Below are positions 1-12,649 of a stretch of 64,000 bases of DNA, in pieces. The stretch is from Tubiluchus corallicola (lineage: Eukaryota > Animalia > Priapulida). The stretch covers positions 186,001 through 250,000 of the forward strand of contig JAQGDQ010000008.1 in NCBI GenBank assembly GCA_030141605.1, in the 5' to 3' direction. The notes under the pieces were generated by a model, which searched no databases, was not told the DNA's origin, and was given only the letters and a program-made list of their open reading frames with translations. The position numbers and the translations under genes are program-made. Position 1 is the first letter of the stretch. Each line of letters opens with the position of its first letter.

Positions 1-1099
1 TGAAACTGATATAGACATGTTAATATTATGACAGAACTTCTGCAATGTGTAACAGCTCCACTACTCATTTGTTGTTAATTTATAAACAAGCCAGTTTTTG
101 CTATTCACAGTACTTTCAGAAAATAAGCATACCAATGTGTAAGAAGTACAACATACTCTAGAAACTGTGGCCAGCAGAGTGATATCTAGTGACAAAAAAG
201 ATGAAGCATTAAAAGTTGTTGCAGCTAAAAAGAGATGACGCCTCATGCAAAAAGTGAAACTGATATAGACGTTAATATTATGACAGAACTTCTGCAATGT
301 GTAACAGCTAATGAAAATGAAAAAATCTGAATGTGAGTCTGCTGTGGCATTAGCATAGTTACATAGAGCTATGGAAATATAACATCTCTGTGTGAACAAG
401 GTAGAAAGAGTTAAAGCACCATGGACTAGATGTTGAAGGTGAACATACATCAATTCTGAATTGTACAAGTAATGGCTATAGCAAATTTGATAATAATTTG
501 TGACTATATTTGCCCCAACTCGGTCATCAGTTCTTTCTTTCAAGCATTCATTTTCATCATTATGTGGCTGTTGCTTCCTCACACCTTTTGCCTTTGTTTT
601 TTGCAAAATTCCCAGAAAAAATTGAAACCAACCCCAATGCTTCTTTAGTTCCTATAGCGTCATAAATATTTAACTTCCTGTAATATTGTTGCTGCTGGCG
701 CTTATAGATAGTATGTAAATATTTGTGTCGACTTTTAGGAGAATGTTTTTATGTATTTTGCCAAGTTTATATTTCTCAATTATATTTCAATGTGTATTGC
801 CAATGTACTAGAAGGCACCATGGAGTTAAAAATAGTATTTGTGTGCCATATGAAATTGAGTTACAAATTGGTTAGAAAAGTTCATTCTCTCTAAATTTGA
901 GTTCTTCTTCTTGTCAAATAATGTTTAAACTACAAACTATACTGTAGTTTGTGTAGTGTTTAACTAATTTGCGAGAGAACCCTTTACTTTAGCATTTACT
1001 ACTGAATTGAATTTAATAAGTAACTGATCGTAACAAGTGAACTGATTAGCTGACAAGTTTTTGGTGCGTGAATACCTATTGATATTCCTACACTATGAT

Positions 1100-4000
1100 A
1101 TGGCAGCGTCCTTGTCTGGTTTGTCGAAATATGTGTATCAACATCTGTTTAAAAATTGTTGCCGTCATATACTATTAAGCTCTACTGCATGTTCTGCAGT
1201 TGATGCTAAGGTATTTTGCACTTGTTCTGACTTTATGTTTACACAAAATCGCACAAGCTTATATTTAAAAAATAAATATTAAATTTTGTTTCTAATTATT
1301 GCCATATTGGCTTGCTATATGGTGTAGGTAGAGCAGTGAGTTCACGGACAGACGAATATGACGTGTGGTTACCGGGCATGCTTGGAAAATTTTGAAGAAA
1401 AAAAATGGACACGAGACATTTGAGCACCAGAAAAACTCACTGTTGTACCTAGTTTTTTATTGTATTTTAAAGTTTTAATAATTTATTTTCGCTACTCTCA
1501 CAATATTTTTAAGAACGCTTCACTAAATTAAAACGTCTGCAGTAATATAATTAGGATAATGACAATTAATAGATTTTAAAACCAGTCAAATGACGGCAGT
1601 TTCTGGTTTTCTACTTTTAGTATTATGTGTACTTTTTAAATGAACAAAATAGAAGACACCACAAGTTTAAATTAGTTTTTTTTGTTAAAATATATGACAG
1701 TATTTTATTTCAAAAATATCTAGTGCATCACAATAAAAACAGTAAACATGCCTAACACAAATGAAGTGTGCAAATTTAACTTATTGGTCTGCCCCAGAAA
1801 TTCAATAAAACACGCAGAAGTTGTCTGTTTACCTGTCGCTGTGGCCTGTAAATTAAGGTTGCCATGTGTACTATGTCTCGCTATAACGAAGCCTTATGTC
1901 AACATACACAGTTAGCAATGCTCTCCTCACACAAAATTATAATGTTTACAGTTTAGTTTAAATTAAGAAGGCTGGTAGTCTAAGAAGAACCTAGATACCA
2001 AATCATAAATAGTTTTCACTCGCATGTTACAACAAGAATGCTGCAATCTTGGTGAAATTCTCGCTGGCATGTACTAGACCTGCTTCCTTGCACACTGAAT
2101 GAAATATTTTAAAGAGGCAAAAGTACGAAAAAAGACGAAACACATATGTTTGATGGCATAGCAGCCAAAAAATAAAATCATTGTTTAAATTTTCTTTTTT
2201 TTAATTCTGTAGAATCGAAAAATAGAAATGTGAAAAATGAATTTTGTCTTTTTTATATGATTTCAGCTTCCAGGTTTACCTTGTCATGTGAAGATAGTAG
2301 AAGTAGGGCCAAGAGATGGTCTTCAAAATGAACAGGTTTGAAAACTTAGACTTTCATAAGTAATATGTTGTAGACCTGTCAACAGTACCTGCTTGACAAT
2401 TTACCTTTCAACAATACCTGCTTAACAGTTTATCTTTCAACAATACCTGCTTGACAGTTTACCTTTCAACCATACCTGCTTAACAATTAATCTTTCAACA
2501 ATACCTGTTGGATAGTTTACCTTTCAACAATGACTGCTTGATAATTTTCCTTTCAACAATACCTAGTTGACAGTTTACCTTTCAAGAATACCTACTTGAC
2601 TGTTTATCTTTCAACAATACCTGCTTAAAAATTAATATTTCAGCAATAGCTGTTGAGCAGTTTGCCTTTCAGCAGTGTCTGCTTGATAGTTTGCCTTGCT
2701 GGACACTTTACCTTTCAACCATACCTGCTGTTTTTAAAGTAAAAACTGTTTTAGGGACTATTGATGATCTCAGGTAAGCCTGTTTTAAACATTTTATAAC
2801 TTAAATTTTTAATAAAAGTTGTTTTCTTTTTATAATAAGCACTGTTAGTGTATACATTCACTAATATAATTAGCATCAAATTTTAAGTTGCGGCTAATTC
2901 ATTTTATTAAAGAAAACTTGTTTTTACATTAAATTTTACCTTTAAGGTGGTTTATTTCTGATTGCTTTGGCATGCTAGATAGTAACCTTCACCCACCCCA
3001 CCCCATTCGTCTTGTGAAACAGTTTTTTTCAGTCGGACATTGTTAAGTGTCCTCTAGTCTAGATGCTGGCAAACAAATATAAGTTAAGTATTATAGTATT
3101 TGTAGTGTCTCCTCCATGATGTGTCTCATCCATATATGTTTAAGATACTTTTCTACTGTGTGAATTAATCACTTTTGAATTTCTTAAAACTGTGAAAAAA
3201 GCTCTTGTCGATATGTGTAGCAACATAAATCAAATTCATTTAGTTGCGCAAACATACTCGAAAATTTTATTACTAACTGCTTTTCAACTGCTTCAGCTAA
3301 AACCAGCTGAAACTGGTTAACTTTTCTTTGAGCAATGCAACAGAAACCAGTCAGGTGAGAAAATTATTACATTTAGACACTGCAGCATCGCTTGCTGTAC
3401 TGTCACTGAACAGAGTTTATCAAGTTCATAAAGTTCATAAAATAAATTCATGAATCTGTTCACGACAAAAACTGCACATTCGATTGGTTAATAGAGGATA
3501 TAAAATTGTTCTGGTCATAGATTTACTTTATAAACTGAATCTTGTTATCATGATTCACTAGTAGTTCCTACGAATAAATGAAAGGTCAATTTTGTGCAAA
3601 AATAATTCTGTATTTAATTATAATTTGTGACATTTCACCTGTTTAGCTTTGTCAAGCAGACATCACACATTAATTATGATTAGACTATTGAATTATTTTA
3701 TACCCAATGAAGTTTCTCGTTTATTTGCAATTACTTGCATGCAAGATATGTGGAATTATCTTCTTTAAACATCACTACATCCAGCGTATTATATTCTGTA
3801 AACATTTGATGTTACGTTATGGCTGGATGCTTTTTCTGTTCTTTTCTTAGCTATATCTAAAGAAATTCTTTTAGGAAGTCGTTCCAACTGAGACAAAGAT
3901 AGACCTCATCAACCGTCTTTCTGAAACAGGGTTACCTGTGGTAGAAGTTACAAGCTTCGTGTCACCAAAATGGGTGCCACAGGTGAGCACTTCCCTATTC

Positions 4001-7000
4001 TCACTTATATTCACAACTTGCCTTCAAGATTGTTTATTGCATAGTTTTGCTTTAATGAAATTTCCCTGCACGTTTTTTGGTGTTTATATTTTTTACAACA
4101 GAATCATGATAAAAGCCATTGGTTGTGAAAACTGCTGTAAAATTCACTGATCTTTGAATACATACAAGTTACATGCATTTTTTTGGTGACCATAAATACA
4201 GGTTTTTTGTTCACCTGGCTTGTTTCAGACTGATCGAAAGTTTTGTGGAAAAGAACATTCCATCAAAGTCAGCTCATTAGATATTATGAAGTCATCTTAT
4301 TTTCGTATGTTATTTTTTCTTGAGACTGTTTGGAGATTAAGTAAACTTTTACACTATCTATTTCCTCGAAAATTATATTTGTGTATTTGTACAGATGTCT
4401 GATCACAAAACCGTCATGTCTGAAATCAAGAAACAACCTGGAGTCATTTATTCAGCTCTTACTCCAAATCTTCAAGGTCTGGAGGCTGCTGTAAGTATAT
4501 ATTAAATTATTTATTGAAGACAACGTTATCTTAATGAAAACAAATGCTGCATGTACAACATAATATGTTATTGTAGACAATATGACACTTATTTGCTAGA
4601 AATTAGTTTGATTTAGGTTACTTTCTGGGTGGCTGGAAATGGTAACATATTTAGATGTGGTTAAAACACATGTCAAGTTGATTTTACAGAAATACTTTAG
4701 TATTGCATTGTGTTAGTTTAAATTTACTAAGGAATCATTTAAATTGCTATTAATTATTTGTAATGCATAATGTTTCTTCTGTAATAAAAACATGCAGAGC
4801 AATTGAATTGTTTTCCTGATAGATCTAAAAAATTCTTCCTGTTTTCAGGATCCAGATAAGTGCATTAAATGCTATTTAATATAAACCTGCATGTTTAATC
4901 AAAAATCCATTCAATTTGAAATGTATTGGATTGAGTATCATAATCATTCTGGAACTTGATCCTCAACCTTTTCTAAGTATAAACTCAACCATATATTCAT
5001 GTTTGTTTGTTTCTATTACTGTATTCTGGTGACTGTTGCAAATATGAACTAATTATGCTTACACTCTAGCTTTCATCAGGTGCAGACGAAGTAGCGGTGT
5101 TCGGAGCAGCATCTGAAACATTTACTAGGTATCGAGAATTCTGTTAAACCGTGTGCATTAGAAATTGTTGATAGCAACCTATTAGAATAAATACATAAAT
5201 GTGTAACCAAACCCAGTATGACATCTGGCATGCGTTTTTCACGTAAAGGTGTTGTGCTTTGACTTGTCAGAAACACTGAAAAATGTTCTCATCCTCTTTT
5301 CCAGGAAAAATATAAACTGCTCGATTGCTGAAAGTCTACAAAGATTTGAAGATGTTTTGAAAGTTGCCAAGGAGAAAAATGTAAGAGTGAGAGGGTAAGT
5401 GGCTAAATTAAATTTCACATTGATAGATTTTCATATCATTCCTAACTCAGGAATTGAACTTGGGTTTCTAATTAATGGTCAGGCATGATAGTAATATGTG
5501 TAATATATCATATTCAAAATTGCTGAAAGTCTACAAAGATTCAAGGTGTTTTGAAAGTTGCCAAGAAGAAAATGTAAGAGTGAGGGGGTAAATTGCTAAA
5601 TTAAATTTCACATTAATATTCTTTCATATCATTCCGAACTCTGCAATGGAACTTGGGTTTCTAATTAATGTTCAGGCATTTTAGTAATATGTGTGTCATA
5701 TATCATATTTGCAATCTTCATGCCATTTCAACACGTAAGTATTACTAGTTAGCAAATAAATGTGATTTCACTATTTTGTTAGTTTGGATAAACTATTTTT
5801 GTTTTCTTTTTTAGTTATGTTTCGTGTGTGTTAGGTTGTCCGTACGAAGGCAAAGTCGACCCTGCTGTAGTTGCTCAGGTGATATATAATTTTGTGCAAT
5901 TTTTTTTATGGATGCATGTTGGTGAAACAACAACGCAACTACTGAGTCCGGATTTCTATTATCAAGCTGCTTGTGGTTTTGCACAATTGTATTAGCATGC
6001 TTGAGTATTGCATGAATGTGCGAATATTTCAGAATATGGGCACTTACATAATATTTGATACCAAAAATTACTTGTAGATGTCAGTACTCTGCATTGGGCA
6101 TAATCTTTAGTTTTTGTTCAACACTTTTCTGCTTGTATCTCTAAATGTCTTATGTTTTTACCTTTTGTTTCGAAGGAAACCGTGGTATATGTATAAAATT
6201 CCAACCTCTGAATTTCCCACATAAACCACATAGTTTGATAACATCCATGCTAAGAACAACAATTGCTGAAAATCGTAAATCACCTATGGTGTGCTTTGTA
6301 ACCCATAACCCATAGTGCCAACTTGTAACCCATAGCCCATTCTGCCTGTCCGCAGTCCAAAATATACAAGTGTGGTTTCTCTTATTGAGCATACTGCACA
6401 TTTGGTATACCAAACTGCCATGTGTTCCTGGGATTAAACACCAAAGCAGTAAGGATACAGAGCTCTCAAAGGGCAAATATTTGCTCTTTCACAGAAAGAT
6501 GATTGTTTCATAATAATCATTTTGCTTGCCATTTTAGTCCTGACGAATGTTTTTAAAACGATGATGATGATGCTGATTCATCGAAATGTGCATTTCTGCT
6601 ATGCAAATTACAGCAAATGTCGTAGTTTATTTATGTTTGAGGTTAATATGGCTTTCTGTAAATTTTACAATGAAAATATACTTTTCATCTACAATATTTG
6701 ACTTACAACAGGTTAAGCAAACACTACAAAAGAAATCATTGATAAGCTTTTGAGATATCTGTAAGTAAAAGAAAAAACAGCAACGGCCATTAGAATTTGC
6801 TGTTTCATTTACAAAATTTTCTCATATTCAGAAACTTGCTGTACCAAATTTCTGCAGCTGTTCTCGTTCGATCTAGATTCCGTAAATCGTTGACGTATGA
6901 ATTTCACATATTTGGAGAAACTGTAGAAGTAAAAGTATAAATAATAATAATGAATGAATTAATTTGTGCCATATATTAGGTTTATTTTATTCGGTGTTAA

Positions 7001-10000
7001 CGTTAAATGATATGCATTACACACCTGCTGTGCAAAGTCAACTTTATTCGCTCACTTTTGTCAAACTTTCTCTGACTTATATTCTGCAAAATGCTTACCT
7101 AAAAATAATGAATGAGTCACAGATAGCGCCACAAGTTGTATTACAAACTGGAATCATTTGTTATTAGTGTTTAGGAGCCTTGTGCTAACTCTGGAGTATA
7201 TATATGTCTGTTTGTGTTAATAACAATTTTTGCCATACAATATTCTTTTATCAAACATTATTTCATTTATTTCTTTAATAATCTATATAATTTTAATATG
7301 AAGCAATCCATTGTCCCATTTTCATTTTTAACTGTAGGTATCTAAAGTTTTATTTGACATGGGTTGCTACGAGATCTCCCTGGGTGACACCATTGGTATT
7401 GGGACTCCTGGTGAGATGAGAATCATGCTGAAGGAAGTAATGAAACATATTCCTGTAGAAAACTTGGCAATCCACTGTCATGACACGTATGGACAAGCAC
7501 TGGCAAATATTCTGGTGGCACTGCAGGTATAGGAGACCATTTTAAACTACTTAGCTGGATTTGTGTTATTGCATGTTTAGTTTAGAAGGCAATAGGCTAA
7601 CTAAGCTATAGCCTAGGACGTCAAAGTTTAGAAAAAAATCTTGTTCTCCTCAGAAAATGTGTATGCTTTCATATTCATGTAAAGAGCACATTTTATAACA
7701 CACCGCAGGCAGTTACTGAGTGCTGCTTTTATATAAATGCCACATAATGAACAGGTGCAAGGCGTTACACAATAAGCAGTTATGCTGCCTGCTTGAACAT
7801 AAGCGCTATGCAAATACATGTAATTAATAATGACAACTTAGAAACCAGGTTTATAGTTTTTCTAATACACCACCAGTAACTGTTTAACCTGCTCATTGCA
7901 GCATTCAAGCAACCATATATATTCATAATATAGAGATGGGCAGGACAGAACTATCAGGTCTTAGCGTCGTAAAGTCTTGATACTCCCTTGTTAATAGGCT
8001 TAGGTGCCCAATATATCTGTTCTTGTTGGAAATATTTTTTCGGTTTCCTATCAAGTTCAAGTAGCCTTGTTGTCTTTCTTGTTCATTAATGTTAGCTTGT
8101 ATTCTTTTACATCATTTTTGAACGTTTTTGTCTTGACTAGTATGTTATTAACTGTATGGTTTTTCATTCTGACGTCAAATGTCACACATGCTTAATCACA
8201 ACAAGCAAAAGTAAATCTTGGCCAAAAGTGGCACAAAGTGCACTAACGCCTACATATTCTTTAATTTTTTATTAACTGTTCTAAAACAGCTGTGATTATT
8301 TCCGTCTACAGTAAAGCGTTTTGATAATTCGAGGAACAATCTGCTTCCGTTCCTCCCTTCATGGGGTTTTCCATCTGTCGATCTCATTCAAATATTTTGT
8401 AGTGTGTTAGCAATGTCTAATTTCGGGTGCTAAAAATTGTTTGTGGGATCTTCATCAGCTGCTGTGTGACATTTTCAAAGATGAGGATAATAGTAACCCA
8501 GTGTGTCGAGATCTTGAGAAAGGACCAAAAAAAGTCATTTTCCTGTATGAGAAAATTGCATTCTAGTCCGGGACTGTTAGTTTTTAATCTTTGTTAATTA
8601 TTACATTTTAGGCAGGAGTCAGTGTTGTCGATGCATCTGTAGCAGGCCTGGGAGGTTGTCCCTATGCAAAGGGAGCCAGTGGAAATGTGGCCACAGAGGA
8701 TGTAGTATACATGCTTGAAGGGCTTCGCATACGTACAGTAAGGAAAACATTGAGCTCATTGCTAAATACCTCTTACTGACTTGATTAGTTTGTGTTTGTG
8801 TGTTTTTCTGTTTGTGCTTAAAAACAGCTGTAGCTCAAATGTATAATCCTCTCTAGCTCAAGATTACAAACCTGGGCTCATATTCATGTATGCCTTGTCT
8901 TAAGTTTGTTTTTTACGTGTGCAATTATTTGTTCCTAATTTATGTAGTTGCGTTATCTCCTTGACACATCCCAGTTGCGAAAAGATGAATTCGAATAAGC
9001 GTCTTACGACATCATTTAGTCACCCACACTTAGTGAGTTACCAAAGGATTTGTTAAGCAGAATATTGTTACAGCTCTCGTGAGTTGCTAAAGCTAGTACT
9101 GCCCAGTGCATTTTAATCTAAGTCAAATTTTGTGGAATTCAACTAGCTTAATGAAATTAAGTGGCTTCAAATACAACTTTATGAATTCCAACTGACAGCA
9201 ATTAGCGAGATAGACTTAAAACCCAAAAACAGCTGCATATATGCAATGAATGCTTCATGAATGTGAGCACGAAAAAACAATATTGGAGTTTTTCATTAAT
9301 CTTTTCACCAGCTAGACCTAGGTGGATCAAATAGTTGAAATAAGAATTCGAAGTAAGGATTTCAAGTAACGTAATTTTGTGTAATGAACAGTAAAATTAA
9401 CTGCACTTTATGTACAATGGAATAAATTTTTCGAGACCAGACTTCAAGACCAAGATCAGTACAGGATAAACTAAAATTCTCTAGACCAAAACCTGCAAAA
9501 ATTAGTCACAAGACAAAGGCCTCTCTTGACTGGAACATCTCTAGAACAGAACTGTGGGACTAGGATCGAGTGAAATTTCAATTTAAAACCAGAATAAGTT
9601 CAATGTGCTGATGATGCTTCAAGGTCGTATAGGTTTTCTCAAGATCAAACACGAGTTGCAGCATTTTCCCCTACAAAAACTGCTGTTATCAGCTTGCAGT
9701 GTAATCGTAGCATAAGAACTAAAGCTCAAGTATAACTGGCTAGCAAACAGCAAAACAAATGTCAAAAGGAACAAGACAACAAGAACTGTGTCTAATATTC
9801 AACACCATCAGTAAAATTTGCGTGGTTTATGGTGTCTGCTACAGCTTGCAGTTACTATTTAGTGTTTAAAATTACTGCCTGAGTCTACGTGTTTCTACAC
9901 AAAAAGATGGCTAATGAATTGTGTAATGTTTACATAAGCAGTTTTAATTTTGGTATTTTCAATTTTAGGGTGTGAATCTTCGAAAGCTCATTGAAGCTGG

Positions 10001-10073
10001 TGAATTCATCTCTCGATCGATTGGCAAAACGAACATGTCGAAAGTCTCTAGAGCAAAAACAAGCAAACTGTGA
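1100..10073 (+). CDS. HMGCL: Hydroxymethylglutaryl-CoA lyase, 10 coding exons, 338 aa
   Basis: Exons 1100-1210, 2267-2335, 3875-3982, 4395-4490, 5070-5128, 5305-5394, 5815-5878, 7338-7526, 8612-8737, 9969-10073 are all GT-AG and phase-compatible (1017 nt). Motifs: [77 protein letters not shown]. The C-terminus is SKL*. Exon 1 is the least certain. Confidence 0.96.
2380..2730. repeat. Minisatellite, ~30-bp unit, about 11 degenerate copies, in HMGCL intron 2
   Basis: Repeated TTACCTTTCAACAATACCTGCTTGACAGT-like units. Confidence 0.9.
5325..5709 (+). repeat. ~195-bp tandem duplication of the 3' part of HMGCL exon 6 plus the start of intron 6
   Basis: 5325-5514 and 5520-5709 both read TTGCTGAAAGTCTACAAAGATT...TATATCATATT. 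The second copy has small indels. Confidence 0.9.
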
Positions 10074-12649
10074 TTAATTTGTTACTTAACTAACTTCGTT
10101 TCTCATGACCAAACCTAGATAATTAAGATGGCAAATAAACGCTGCAACAACTCACTAGCTTTTGGTAATAAATGGGTGCTTACAATCAAGATAAGTCCTG
10201 TGCAATCATGCTTAGCATTGCAGTTTATGTTTGTGAGTTGTTTTGCGATATGGTAATTAAAAATTGTCAAATCAGCTTAGGACGAATTTGTCTGATTCTG
10301 AATTCCAGATAACTTTAGTAGGTGCTGGCTGTAAACAGTGCAGATAATAGCATATTGTGCTGTTATCGCTTGGCAGCATTCAGAAAATATTAAAAATTTT
10401 TGTACCCTTAACAATGTTGTTATCCAATAGTGAGACCGCCATTTTTTGCTAAATAAATGATTACTTGAAAATCAAAATTCTGATGTGCATCGTGTGCATG
10501 TTTTGGACAAAATCAAAATGTGGTACCTCCATGTCTGGTTTTATTATACATACTGCTTTTAAGTTTTAATAATAAAGATGCATAAAAGTGAAAAGTTGAA
10601 AGCGTTTGCCATATGAAGCATGTGTGACTAAATTAAAATAAGCACATTTACAGGCCTGGCCATTATTAAACCGACATTTGAAGCCTTTTTCACGATGCCC
10701 TGCAATTTCTCATTTAAAGTAGTCATTTAAATCATTTTCAGTACAAAAGTTCCATGCTGTAACATCTGTGAATAAACACTTACGCAGCTTTAAATAAAGC
10801 ACAATGGTGCTTTATTTTTGTTCATCAAAAGTACGCTAGTATATTTCTTGCTCACAATTTAAAACAAGTTTTATGAAACAAGCCAAGTCCATGCATTATC
10901 TTGTAATAAGTAAATGTATATAATATATAAACATCCGAGAATGTAATATCTGTGCTAAGTAGATGTTACATTCTCTGATACACTGGCCTAAGTAACATGT
11001 CTTACTCTCAAAAGGTTTGACCCACCTTCCATGTGTCTCCTGTTCCTTGTCAGTACCTGTCCTTTTGGACCCAGTCCACCCTGCACACTTATTCAATAAA
11101 ACTGAAAAAACTGTCAAGAAACTGCACCTAACACAACTATTTGTCATTTTGCACAACATATAACTTTATTGAGCAACATAGAATCACTCGTAATAAATAA
11201 ATACGAAATAAAATTTGTGGAATGTTCATTGCGAGATTCAATAATGACTATTGCAGCTCTTATGAATGAATGTTCTACTTAGCTTAGTTTAAATAAAGAA
11301 TGTTGTGAGATGCAATAATACAACAATTTCATCATGATCAACAGGCTCGCTACAAAAAGAATGTTATGAAGATTAATTGCACAAGATCGTATAATTTTGC
11401 AATGATCATTATAAAAAAAGATAATGTCAGCCATAAAATTCAATTGCAATACACAAAACTTAATGGTAATTATAACAAACTTTTTGCTCATAATTTTGGT
11501 AAAAAGTGTCAGAGGTATAACCATTTGCAAAGCATAATTTGATGAGAAGTACTGTAAGCAATCAAATAGTGCAGAACAACCAGTATTGAAATGTTCATTT
11601 ACAAAATCACACAATTTGATGACTGTTACCACGCAACATTCTCCAGATGATTTGCAATAAACAAAACATAAATTGAAATTTAATGCGTGATTTTAGAGTA
11701 TCCATCTTGAAATAATAAATAAAATTTAACTTACAAATTTAATTTAACATTAATCAAACATTTTTTATCAGTAACACAACACTAAATGCGATCAAGCCAC
11801 AAATGTATATGAAAATTATTTACTATAGACATCAACAGATAAAATAAATAAATAAATATACCATTATTTTTTCTACAGCAAAGAGCTAGCCGTACTAATC
11901 TAAACTATGCAAAAAATCTGACTTAAAAATAATTTTTTATTTAATAATAAAAATACATATAAATAATTTGTTGGGGATGGATTGAGGGGCTGAAACAAAT
12001 ATGCAGTTCGAAAGGTCGTTAGTGCAGACAATTTGCTCAAAATGGTTCATTTTTTAGTTGAAATACAGCATGCAATGGCATGGCCACAGAATCCACTCAA
12101 CACGATTACAATGTTTGTGACACGATCAGAACTGGCTTTAATCAACGCTAAATCTCTGATTTAAGCCATGCTATTCAGGAGAGTGCCTTGGTCACATTGG
12201 GATGTATATACATCCTCCTTTATGAAGTAAACAATGAAGATTTCAATAGTAAATGAATCCTCCCACGGTGAGTATTGAACCAAGGTGGTTATGAGTCAAG
12301 TACACGCAAAACATGAATACGTATCCACTTGAAGGTGAACTGCCGGGCAATGTTTAGTAGTATATCAAACATCATTTTACAGACTTACAGAGGATGGAAA
12401 TGGTACAGGAAAACGAAAAGTGCACCCAGGTTAGGCAATAATCTATTAACTTCCCGCTGAATAGATTTTCTTGGATTCAGGTGACCTAGTGGGTATTTTA
12501 CATCAAATAAAACACATGAAAACTACACAGTCATCAGTTGGTTTTGCACTTTGGTAACAGGAAGTATCCCAGTTACCTTAAATCTTTGCATCAGGTTTGA
12601 AAACAATCACTGTAAATCGATGTTAAAATGGAGTCAATTGCAAGCATGA

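Noticed and set aside
61-606. 181-aa minus-strand ORF
   Set aside because: Non-ATG start, no recognisable motif, and it overlaps a local direct repeat.
2380-2730. CRISPR-like periodicity
   Set aside because: Head-to-tail degenerate units with no unique spacers, inside a eukaryotic intron.
6540-6600. Second hammerhead-like motif (ATGATGA-T-GATG..CATC-GAAA)
   Set aside because: Core C3 is missing, there is no valid UH triplet, stem I is mismatched and no Penelope context was found.
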